A model generated the notes under the pieces. The model was not told the origin of the DNA. It worked only from the letters and a program-made list of their open reading frames with translations, and ran no database searches. Made by a program: the position numbers and the translations under genes. A stretch of DNA of 36,313 nucleotides, from positions 1 through 36,313 of the forward strand of contig JBJKRD010000500.1 of NCBI GenBank assembly GCA_046704925.1. Reading direction: 5' to 3'. Position 1 is the first letter of the stretch, and every line of letters begins with the position of its first letter. The stretch is from Opitutaceae bacterium (GTDB lineage Bacteria > Verrucomicrobiota > Verrucomicrobiia > Opitutales > Opitutaceae). Shown one piece after another: positions 19,280-31,128 of the stretch.

Positions 19280-21145
19280 ATGATACAATTCGACGTGATC
19301 GTCTGCGGTGCGGGACATGCCGGTGTTGAGGCCGCCTTGGCGGCGGCAAGGATGGGAGCATCTACCCTGTTACTGACCGGCAACATCGACACGATCGCGC
19401 AGATGAGCTGCAATCCGGCAATAGGTGGTCAAGCGAAGGGACAAATCGTCAGGGAGATTGATGCCCTTGGGGGAGAAATGGCCATCAACGCCGATGTCAC
19501 GGGGATCCAGTTCAGGCTACTCAATGAGTCAAAGGGACCGGCGGTTCAGTCTCCTCGTGCACAATGTGACAAGAAAGCATATCAGTTTCGCCTTAAACAC
19601 ACCATCGAGCTTCAGCCGAATCTGCAATTGTTCCAGGCAACGGTCACGGGCTTGCATTTTAAGATGGGACGTGTCGTCGGCTGCCGAACGAACCTGGACG
19701 TAGATTTCTTTGGCCGCACGGTCGTCCTTACGACCGGAACCTTCTTGCGTGGCCTAATGCATATCGGTAAAAATTAGAACGAAGGTGGTCGGTTGGGGGA
19801 TTTCAGTGCCAAGACTCTCTCTGGAAGCTTGGTCGAGGCTGGAATCGAGCTCCAAAGACTGAAGACGGGCACGCCGCCAAGGATCTTGGGGCGAAGTATC
19901 AACTTCAGTGGATTGGAAGAACAAAAGGGGGACGATCCTCCGACCCTGTTTGCCTTTCACGACACGAGAGACGCTGAAGACTTGTTCCACGTGGAACGTA
20001 CTGGGGAAGAAAGGACAGGCTGGAAACCAGGAACTGACCAAATCTCCTGTTGGATAACCTATACATCAGACCGAACAGCAGAAATCGTTCGAAACAACCT
20101 GAAACGGTCCGCGCTCTACGGAGGCGAAATCCGTGGGATCGGCCCTCGATATTGCCCAAGCATCGAGGACAAATTTGTCCGTTTTGCCGACAAATCTCGT
20201 CACATTCTTTTTCTCGAGCCTGAAGGGCGCAGCACAAACGAGTATTATATTAACGGCCTATCCACGAGTCTGCCGTTCGATATTCAGATCGAGCTGGTGC
20301 ACAGCGTATCTGGCTTGGAGCGCGCCACAATTCTGCGGCCGGCTTACGCCGTTGAATATGACTTTGCTCCCCCGACCCAATTGGAGCCTTCCTTGGAATC
20401 AAAGAAGGTCGAAAATCTATTCTTTGCCGGGCAAATCAATGGGACTTCGGGCTACGAAGAGGCTGCAGGGCAGGGAATCGTCGCAGGGATCAACGCGGTC
20501 TGCAAAATCAGAGGACAGCCGCCTCTTCTGATTGGAAGAGAGGATGGCTACATTGGAGTTCTCATAGATGATTTGGTGACCAAAGGAACCAACGAGCCCT
20601 ACCGAATGTTCACAAGCCGCGCCGAGTACCGGCTCCTCTTCAACCACGGAAGTGCCGAGCTTCGAATGCTAAAGTTCTCGGAGCACTATAAGGTGATATC
20701 TAATCGCCGGTTACAAAGAATCCGCGAAAAGAAGATTCGGATCGAAAATTGGGTGGACCTTCTGGAATCTGATAGGCGCGGAACACTGAGCTCCGCCGAA
20801 CTTCTTCGCCAAGGCGACAACCATGCATCGCTTCCTCCTGAGTTCCTGAGGGATTCTGAGCCGGTCAAAAAGGAAGTGTTATATCGGGTTAGGTATCGGG
20901 GCTATTTGGAGCGCGACCTCAGACAAATAGAAAAGCTCAAAACCTTGGAGCACATCAACATTCCAAAGAATGTCGACTACATGAGCGTCCGCGGCTTGCG
21001 GCGGGAAAGTGCCATCAAGCTCAACCAACTGCGCCCGTTTACGCTCGGCCAAGCGTCCCGAATAAGTGGAGTCAGTCCGGCGGACATCAGCATTCTGATG
21101 GTGATGATTCAAGCGACCAGGCAACACCGTGCTTCCTCAGCCTAA
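19280..21145 (+). pseudogene. mnmG: tRNA modification enzyme MnmG (GidA), interrupted by one in-frame TAG at 19775-19777
   Basis: ORFs 19280..19777 and 19793..21145 are in the same frame. The joined product is collinear with MnmG: FDVIVCGAGHAGVEAALAAARMG, SCNPAIGGQAKGQIVREIDALGG, TGTFLRGLMHIGKN-TAG-NEGGRLGD, LKTGTPPR, GPRYCPSIEDK, FFAGQINGTSGYEEAAGQG and TSRAEYRLL. The total is 622 codons, the normal MnmG length. It is called a pseudogene only because of the stop. A base-call error is equally possible. Confidence 0.85.
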
Positions 21146-21212
21146 AAAAAGCCTGCCCTTATGGAAACGAAACCCAAGCGGAACCATGGGCCCCAGAGCA
21201 ACGCTTGGGTTA

Positions 21213-21221
21213 TTATCCACA
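21213..21221 (+). promoter_or_regulatory. Perfect consensus DnaA box TTATCCACA
   Basis: Read directly in the 242-bp lower-GC spacer between mnmG and the response-regulator gene. A 7/9 relative, TTATCCTCG, lies at 21375-21383. This is a single site and its function is unproven. Confidence 0.3.
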
Positions 21222-21322
21222 AAAGAGAACGTCGTCTGGCGTCTAGATGAATTGCGGAAAACCAAGGAAACTCCAAGAATCCAACGTCGAAAGGCACCGG
21301 TTCCAGCCAGAGAATCCGCTTT

Positions 21323-21341
21323 TGTGACATGTCTGTGACAT
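21323..21341 (+). promoter_or_regulatory. Tandem direct repeat TGTGACAT-gtc-TGTGACAT (11-bp phasing), candidate OmpR/PhoB-family binding site
   Basis: The copies are at 21323-21330 and 21334-21341, ending 46 nt upstream of the response-regulator ATG (21388). The 11-bp head-to-tail arrangement is the architecture used by winged-helix response regulators. Confidence 0.3.
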
Positions 21342-21387
21342 CGGCAAATTCACTAGCAAATCCGCCTTAGCAGTTTATCCTCGGCGC

Positions 21388-22107
21388 ATGTCCCAGCATC
21401 GGGCAAAAAGGATCCTGATCGTGGATGACGAGCCGGATGTGGCAGACCTTGTCTCCTATCATCTCAAGGCCAAGGGCTACGAAATCGAGACGATCAATAA
21501 CCCAAACATGGCGGTCGGTGCCGCCCGTTCATTCCTGCCCGACCTTATCATCCTCGATATCATGATGCCGGATCTAAACGGCATCCAACTCTGCCGTATT
21601 CTGCGGGCCGACCCGAAGCTCCGCCAGGTGCCCATTTTTTTTCTGACAGCAAGAGCAGAGGAAGGTGATCGCATCGCCGGATTCGAAACCGGTTGTGATG
21701 ACTATATATGTAAGCCATTTAGTATTAAAGAATTAATTCTCCGTGTCCAATCCTCCCTCCGGCGCGCATTGGACAAGACTGTCGAGCCGCAGAACCAGAT
21801 CAGGGTGGGGGGAATTGTCCTCGACGCCGAACGTCACGAGGTAACCTCGGGCGGACAGCAGATTGAACTTACAGCCACGGAATTCAGACTTCTACGCCTG
21901 CTCATGGAACGGCGTGGCCGCGTCCAGACCCGCGAGCACTTGCTTCTAAATGTCTGGAATTACGAAACCGAGATCGAGACGCGAACCGTCGACACGCATA
22001 TCCGGCGCCTGCGTGAAAAACTGGGCGCAGAGGCGGAGTGGATAGAGACAATCCGCGGTGTCGGTTATCGCATGGCGGAACGCAAAGCCGAAGCATGTTC
22101 TACCTGA
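21388..22107 (+). CDS. OmpR/PhoB-family response regulator (receiver plus winged-helix domains)
   Basis: ILIVDDEPDV..., DLIILDIMMPDLNG (phospho-acceptor Asp), PIFFLTAR, DDYICKPFS, then LTATEFRLLRLL...VDTHIRRLREKL...IETIRGVGYRM. Confidence 0.9.
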   Translation: MSQHRAKRILIVDDEPDVADLVSYHLKAKGYEIETINNPNMAVGAARSFLPDLIILDIMMPDLNGIQLCRILRADPKLRQVPIFFLTARAEEGDRIAGFETGCDDYICKPFSIKELILRVQSSLRRALDKTVEPQNQIRVGGIVLDAERHEVTSGGQQIELTATEFRLLRLLMERRGRVQTREHLLLNVWNYETEIETRTVDTHIRRLREKLGAEAEWIETIRGVGYRMAERKAEACST

Positions 22108-23366
22108 TCACGGCCGCGCTCGGCGTCGGCTTGGCGATCGCAGTCACGCAAATTGTCCGGCAACGACGGGCCGTCCGAACGCTGACACAAGCCATCGATC
22201 GACGACAACCGCTCCTGCGTGAAAACGCGACGGGGGCGGGGGTCCGCAACGATTGGGACCGCTTGTGCTCGACGGCCAACCACCTGATCTCGGAATCCGT
22301 CCGTCTGCAGCAGGTGCGCTCGGGACAACTGGCGCAACTCGATGCGACCTTGGGCAGCCTGCAGGAAGCGGTGCTGATCGTAGATTCCGAAAACCGAATT
22401 CTACTGGCCAATCAGGCCCTGCAGGCGATCTTCCCGCGGGCCACCAAGATCCTCAATCAACGTCTCGAAACCGTCCTGCACAGCGTCGCCTTCCTGGACT
22501 ACGTCCGGGCTGTCCGGGCCGGCGAAGCCGAAGCGCAGCGGGAGATCGAATTCGTGGAAAGCACGGGTTCCGTTTGGCTGGAGGTCACCGGCACCTTGGT
22601 GAATCCGCTGCAGGATGCCCGCGGCACCTGGGTGCTCTTTGTCCTCCACGACATCACCAAACAGAAGTCCCTTGAAGGCGTGCGCAAGGACTTTGTCGCC
22701 AACGTCTCCCACGAACTCCGCACCCCGCTCAGCATCATCAAGGGCTACATCGAAACCCTCGTCGATGGGCACCGGGAGATGCCATTGGCGGACCGGGACC
22801 ACTTTCTCCGCACGATTCAAAAACACACCGAGCGCCTGAACTCCCTGCTTGAGGATCTCCTGACGTTGTCGCGACTGGAATCGATCAACCCGGGTCTTCA
22901 CCGGGAATCGGTCGACCTCGCCGATCTGCTCACCAATCTGATCCACGACATCCGCGGGCGCCCGGCGGCCAGTGAACATACCCTGACCCTCGCGATCGAC
23001 CCGGCCATCGGTCGCGTCCTGATCGATCCCCTCAAAATGATCCAAGTTTGCGAGAACCTGGTGGATAACGCTCTCAAGTACACCCCCCGCGGTTCCCGCA
23101 TCGAGGTAGGCGCGCGCCTGATCCGCGGCGAGATCGAGATCAGCGTGCGCGACAACGGCCCGGGAATACCCGCCGGCGATCTGCCGCATATCTTTGAGCG
23201 ATTCTATCGGGTCGACAAGGGTCGCTCACGCGAAAAGGGCGGCACCGGTCTCGGCCTGAGCATCGTCAAGCACATCGTTCAGTTGCACGGAGGGCGCGTG
23301 CGGGTGGAGAGCGAAGCGGGGCAGGGGACCGCCTTTTTTCTCACCCTTCCGCAGCGCACCGACTGA
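22095..23366 (+). CDS. PhoR-like sensor histidine kinase (TM, PAS, HisKA, HATPase)
   Basis: The ATG at 22095 (MFYLITAALGVGLAIAVTQIV, TM) overlaps the regulator gene by 13 nt. A PAS-like segment (LQEAVLIVDSENRILLANQAL) is followed by the H-box DFVANVSHELRTPLSIIKGY, the N-box ENLVDNALKYT, then DNGPGIP and GGTGLGLSIVKHIV. Confidence 0.9.
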   Translation: MFYLITAALGVGLAIAVTQIVRQRRAVRTLTQAIDRRQPLLRENATGAGVRNDWDRLCSTANHLISESVRLQQVRSGQLAQLDATLGSLQEAVLIVDSENRILLANQALQAIFPRATKILNQRLETVLHSVAFLDYVRAVRAGEAEAQREIEFVESTGSVWLEVTGTLVNPLQDARGTWVLFVLHDITKQKSLEGVRKDFVANVSHELRTPLSIIKGYIETLVDGHREMPLADRDHFLRTIQKHTERLNSLLEDLLTLSRLESINPGLHRESVDLADLLTNLIHDIRGRPAASEHTLTLAIDPAIGRVLIDPLKMIQVCENLVDNALKYTPRGSRIEVGARLIRGEIEISVRDNGPGIPAGDLPHIFERFYRVDKGRSREKGGTGLGLSIVKHIVQLHGGRVRVESEAGQGTAFFLTLPQRTD

Positions 23367-23432
23367 GTGGTGCCCCGGCTGGCGTCCGGAATCTTGCCTG
23401 TCCGCTTCGGGGCGTTTACGCCTTCCGACCCA

Positions 23433-24050
23433 ATGCCCCGCGCCGCTTTCGAGAATCTCCGCGCCGGACGAATCTCCGCCCTCCGTTCGGAGCTGGCCGT
23501 CCATCTGCGCCTGCCCGACGCGGGAATCGTTTTTGAAATTGGGTGCGGAAACGGTCATTTTCTCACCGCCTACGCGACGGCCCACCCCGACGAGTTCTGC
23601 GTGGGCGTCGATCTCCGGCGCGAGCGCATCGCGAAAGCCGCGCGAAAGCGAGACCGCGCGCGCCTCGACAACCTGCAGTTCTTCCGCTGCGAGGCGACTG
23701 ACTTCCTGCGCGAGTTGCCGGCCGGAAGCCGCCTGCGCGACATCTACATGCTTTTCCCCGATCCCTGGCCGAAGAAGCGTCACCATAAGAACCGCCTGCT
23801 CAAGGCGCCACTGCTCGACCAGCTCGCCCTGCGGGCCGGGCCAGGAACCCGCCTCTTCTTTCGCACCGACTTCCGACCGTACTTTGACGAAGCGCGCGAC
23901 ACCATCGCCGGCCATCGGATGTGGCGGTTGTTGCCCGCCGGTCCGTTTGCCTTTGAACACCCCACCGGTTTCCAGGCACGCGCCCCAATTTACCATTCGT
24001 TGGCGGCCGTTCTCGCCGCACCGGAGGTCAGCCTATCCGGTTCGGAATGA
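23433..24050 (+). CDS. trmB: tRNA (guanine46-N7)-methyltransferase
   Basis: FEIGCGNGHFL (SAM motif), GVDLRRERI, IYMLFPDPWPKKRHHKNRL and FRTDF. The ATG at 23433 is preferred. The track start, GTG at 23367, directly abuts the kinase stop and cannot be excluded. Confidence 0.85.
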   Translation: MPRAAFENLRAGRISALRSELAVHLRLPDAGIVFEIGCGNGHFLTAYATAHPDEFCVGVDLRRERIAKAARKRDRARLDNLQFFRCEATDFLRELPAGSRLRDIYMLFPDPWPKKRHHKNRLLKAPLLDQLALRAGPGTRLFFRTDFRPYFDEARDTIAGHRMWRLLPAGPFAFEHPTGFQARAPIYHSLAAVLAAPEVSLSGSE

Positions 24051-24184
24051 GCGGTTATTGCCCGGAGCGGGTCGGCAGTCCTGCCCGCTTCTCGTGACTC
24101 ATCCCTCAAGATTTCGGGGGTTGACGCCGAATGAAGCGTTGGGCTACCACTTATCCTTTTCAAACTTCACGTTAACCTCCGTAA

Positions 24185-25069
24185 ATGATGCTTCGGGTCA
24201 GAAAATCAGGCGCCTTTATCCTCTTTCTGGGTTCCTGCGCGACCGCCTTTGCGAGTGAAGGCGGCGTGGCGCCGAAGGCCGACGTTCTTCTGCATCTTGG
24301 CCCCTTGCCCATCACCAACAGTATGGTGGCGAGCTGGAGCATCGCGTTTTTTCTCATCATCGCCATCCGGGCCGCGACGTGGAAACCCCGGTTGATTCCG
24401 ACCGCCGGCCAGGCGATCGTCGAGCATTTGGTGCAGGGGGTGCTCGACCTCATCACCCCCATCGTCGGCAAGCGCGTTGCCCGCCCGGTTTTTCCCCTGC
24501 TGATCGGCCTGTTCACTTATATTCTCATTCAGAATTGGAGCGGACTGCTACCCGGGGTTGCGACCATAAAGGTCATGGAAAACGGTCATTGGATGGACCT
24601 GATTCGCCCCGGCGATGCCGACATGAACAGCACGTTCGGCCTCGCGGCAGTCTCAATGATCTGCTGGCTTTATTTCATCCTGCGTTACGCCGGCCCGCGA
24701 GCGATCTTCTACGACCTTTTCGGCAACAAGGCCGACAAGGCGGACATTCCCGCCTTCCTTTACTATTTCCTGTTCCTGATCTTTTTTGGCGTCGGCCTCA
24801 TCGAAGTTATCTCCATCATGGTTCGTCCGGTTTCACTGTCGTTCCGCCTTTTTGGCAATATGTTGGGCGGCGAGAATCTGATGCACGCGATGTATGGCCT
24901 GAAAGCGTGGATCCTGCCGGTGCCGTTCTATTTCCTGGAGATCCTCGTCGGCTTCGTACAGGCGCTGATCTTCACGCTGTTGATCGCGGTTTACATCGGC
25001 CTCATCACCAACCACGGGGACGAGGAACATGCCCCCGCTCAGGTGGAGGAACTGGCCGCGCCGCATTGA
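24185..25069 (+). CDS. atpB: F0F1 ATP synthase subunit a
   Basis: A multi-TM protein with the essential-Arg motif (VRPVSLSFRLFGNMLGGE). It is the first gene of the atp operon. Confidence 0.9.
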   Translation: MMLRVRKSGAFILFLGSCATAFASEGGVAPKADVLLHLGPLPITNSMVASWSIAFFLIIAIRAATWKPRLIPTAGQAIVEHLVQGVLDLITPIVGKRVARPVFPLLIGLFTYILIQNWSGLLPGVATIKVMENGHWMDLIRPGDADMNSTFGLAAVSMICWLYFILRYAGPRAIFYDLFGNKADKADIPAFLYYFLFLIFFGVGLIEVISIMVRPVSLSFRLFGNMLGGENLMHAMYGLKAWILPVPFYFLEILVGFVQALIFTLLIAVYIGLITNHGDEEHAPAQVEELAAPH

Positions 25070-25133
25070 ACCCTTTCCCGGCGGGACCGTGCCCAAAGCT
25101 GTGCGGACGCCGTCGAAACAACCCACAACAAAC

Positions 25134-25361
25134 ATGCACATCATCCACACCATCGCTGAAATCTCCGGCAACCTGAGAGACGTCCAAGGTTCTCTCGGCT
25201 GCTTCGCCTCCGCCATCGGCGTGGGCCTCGTCGGCACGAAGGCGGTCGAAGCCGTCGGCCGCAACCCCGGAGCGTCGGGCAAGATCCTCGTCCAGTCCAT
25301 CATCGGCATGGCGCTGGCCGAAGCCATCTCGTTCTACGCGATCTTCCTCGGGAATTATTGA
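25134..25361 (+). CDS. atpE: F0F1 ATP synthase subunit c (75 aa)
   Basis: From the ATG at 25134 the sequence reads ...GVGLVGTKAVEAVGRNPGASGKI...IGMALAEAISFYAIFL, the hairpin proteolipid with the carboxylate Glu in helix 2. Confidence 0.9.
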   Translation: MHIIHTIAEISGNLRDVQGSLGCFASAIGVGLVGTKAVEAVGRNPGASGKILVQSIIGMALAEAISFYAIFLGNY

Positions 25362-25370
25362 CCCTGATCC

Positions 25371-25406
25371 CCGCGCCGCGCGCCGCCGCGCGGCGCGGCC
25401 CTTTTT
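25371..25406 (+). terminator. Strong intra-operon hairpin (12-bp all-GC stem, 4-nt loop) plus T5 between atpE and atpF
   Basis: CCGCGCCGCGCG (25371-25382), loop ccgc, CGCGCGGCGCGG (25387-25398), then cccTTTTT (25399-25406). The two arms were checked base by base and are perfectly complementary. Confidence 0.55.
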
Positions 25407-25412
25407 CGCCCC

Positions 25413-25976
25413 ATGTTCCCGCCCGTGCTCCTCCTCGCGGCCGCCGCGGACGCCGAAAACCTCTCGGCGTTTACCAAGCTCACGTCGCAATTCGGCATCG
25501 ATCTGCCGCTGCTGCTCGCCCAGATGCTGTGCTTCACCATCGTGGCGATCCTGCTGTGGAAGCTCGCCTTCATACCCGTGCTGGCGACCCTGGAAGAGCG
25601 TCAACAACAAATCGGGGCGGGCCTCAAATACGCCGAGGAGATGAAAGCCAAGCTCGCCCAAGCCCACGAGGACAGCGCCGCCTTGATCAAGCAGGCCCGG
25701 CTGGAAGGCGCCAAGATCATCGATGAAACGCGGCAGACCGCCAAGGCGTTCCTCGACCAGCAGCAAAAGGAAGCCGTGGCCCGGGCCAACGATCTGATTT
25801 CAAAGGCGCAGCAGGCCATCGAGCTCGAACATAAGAAGATGCTCGACGAGGCGCGCGTGGAGGTGGCGCGTCTGGTCGTGGCGACCACTCAACGGGTTCT
25901 CACCCGTGAGTTGAGCGACACCGAACGCGGCCGTTTCAACGAGGCCGCCGCCCGCGAAATCTCCACTGTCACCTGA
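25413..25976 (+). CDS. atpF: F0F1 ATP synthase subunit b
   Basis: An N-terminal TM helix (LLLAQMLCFTIVAILLWKLAF) is followed by a long charged coiled region (EERQQQIGAGLKYAEEMKAKLAQAHED...), and the gene sits at the expected operon position. Confidence 0.8.
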   Translation: MFPPVLLLAAAADAENLSAFTKLTSQFGIDLPLLLAQMLCFTIVAILLWKLAFIPVLATLEERQQQIGAGLKYAEEMKAKLAQAHEDSAALIKQARLEGAKIIDETRQTAKAFLDQQQKEAVARANDLISKAQQAIELEHKKMLDEARVEVARLVVATTQRVLTRELSDTERGRFNEAAAREISTVT

Positions 25977-26018
25977 CGACAATCCTCCTTCCGAAGTCCC
26001 CTCCCGCCCACCCCGGCT

Positions 26019-26411
26019 ATGCGCGCCAGCAAGCAGACCCGGAATCTAGCCCGTCAGCTCTATCATCTGAGCTTGGCCGACGGCCAGATTTCCGCCGAGC
26101 GGGTCCGCGGCGTGCTGGCCTCCCTGGGCAAACATCCTCCCCGCCAGCCGCTGGCCGTGCTCAAATTCTACCGCCGTCTCGTGGCCCGGCAACTCGCCCG
26201 GAACCACGCCGTCGTGCAGCATGCCGGCGCGATCGACGACGCCATCCTGCGCGCCATCGGCGCGGCGCTGTCCCGCAAATATACGCGGCCGGTCACCGCG
26301 AGCCCTGAGCCCCGGCCTGAGTTGATCGCCGGCTTGCGCATCCGGGTGGGAGACGACGTTTACGAATCCTCCATTGCCAGCCGCCTCGCTGCTCTGGTCC
26401 CCGCCCCTTGA
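26019..26411 (+). CDS. atpH: F0F1 ATP synthase subunit delta (OSCP-like), unusually short (130 aa)
   Basis: It lies between atpF and atpA. The C-terminal motif ELIAGLRIRVGDDVYESSIASRL resembles the delta consensus (L.GG..i..Gd.v.D.S....L). Confidence 0.7.
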   Translation: MRASKQTRNLARQLYHLSLADGQISAERVRGVLASLGKHPPRQPLAVLKFYRRLVARQLARNHAVVQHAGAIDDAILRAIGAALSRKYTRPVTASPEPRPELIAGLRIRVGDDVYESSIASRLAALVPAP

Positions 26412-26441
26412 ACTTTCGTCCCTGAAACGCGCGCCGCGCTC

Positions 26442-27968
<1,527 letters not shown>

Positions 27969-28004
27969 CCGCCGCGGCTTCGCCCGTTTCTTCCCCCGCC
28001 GCCC

Positions 28005-30336
<2,332 letters not shown>

Positions 30337-30404
30337 GCCAACGCCTGCGTTGAGCGCAGCTTCCCGGCGCCCCCGCAATTCCGGATTTCACCTACCGACC
30401 ACCC

Positions 30405-30812
30405 ATGCCTCTGACCCTCGAAATCGTCACCCCGGAGGACCGCGTTTACCGTGACACGGTCGACTCGGTGGTCATACCGACCGTCGGGGGCGAGATTGGC
30501 ATCCTGCCGGGCCACCTCCCGCTGGTCACCCAGGTGGCCGAAGGGGAACTCCGCGTCACGCAAGGACCCGTCACCCGGGGGTTGGTCGTGGGCGGAGGAT
30601 TCGCGCAGGTCGACGGCGACCGCGTGAAGGTCCTGGCCGAGTTCGCGATCCAAGTGGCCAAAATCGACGAGAGCGCCGCTCAACGGGCCATGCAACGCGC
30701 CGAGGAAGCCCTGCGCGGGCGGGAAAGACTGGATCCGGCCGAAGTCGAACGTCTCGAGGGCATCCTGAAGTTTTCGCTGGCCCAGCTCAGTGTCAAACGG
30801 AGGCGCCGGTAG
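30405..30812 (+). CDS. atpC: F0F1 ATP synthase subunit epsilon
   Basis: LEIVTPEDRVYRDTVDSVVIPTVGGEIGILPGHLPLVT... and a C-terminal helical hairpin. It is the last gene of the operon. Stop is TAG at 30810-30812. Confidence 0.85.
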   Translation: MPLTLEIVTPEDRVYRDTVDSVVIPTVGGEIGILPGHLPLVTQVAEGELRVTQGPVTRGLVVGGGFAQVDGDRVKVLAEFAIQVAKIDESAAQRAMQRAEEALRGRERLDPAEVERLEGILKFSLAQLSVKRRRR

Positions 30813-30905
30813 GTCCCGTCAAAGTCGGCCCCACCGTTGTCCCCCCGGGGTGCCACGACTCTCCGGAGCGCCTGTTCCCGTCCGCCTTGTATATCCCCGG
30901 CTGGG

Positions 30906-31115
30906 TTAACGCCGGTCGCCGCGGGTCCGGCGGCGGAGCGCCATTACCGTCACCCCCGCGAGGAAGCCAAAGACGACCGCGAGGAAGACGACCAACGATT
31001 GAGACAGGATGATGCGCCAGAAAAGAAAATGCACCGCCACCATGGCGGCATTCTGAATCAGAAACGCCACCACCACCACCAGGAGCACGATCAGCAGCGC
31101 CAGTCGCGGAGTCAT
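30906..31115 (-). CDS. LapA-domain (DUF1049-like) small inner-membrane protein (69 aa)
   Basis: It has two hydrophobic helices with the pattern LIVLLVVVVAFLIQN...V.F.F....S.SLVVFLAVVFGFLAG and a basic tail. It starts 13 nt after the upstream gene's stop. Confidence 0.6.
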   Translation of the reverse strand: MTPRLALLIVLLVVVVAFLIQNAAMVAVHFLFWRIILSQSLVVFLAVVFGFLAGVTVMALRRRTRGDRR

Positions 31116-31128
31116 GCGGGGATGGAAT

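Noticed and set aside
21129-21338. The 69-aa plus-strand ORF (and the 62-aa minus-strand ORF 21142..21330) in the mnmG-regulator spacer.
   Set aside because: No recognisable family, no convincing ribosome-binding context and an overlap with the end of mnmG. They look like chance ORFs in a lower-GC spacer.
21146-21387. Calling this spacer the chromosomal replication origin.
   Set aside because: There is only one perfect DnaA box and one 7/9 box. No cluster of boxes and no obvious AT-rich 13-mer-type unwinding element were seen. It is kept only as a low-confidence finding.
24121-24150. A possible sigma70-type promoter for the atp operon (TTGACG at 24121-24126).
   Set aside because: The best -10 candidates at 17-18 bp spacing (CTACCA and TACCAC) match TATAAT poorly. 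The promoter consensus for this lineage is unknown to me.
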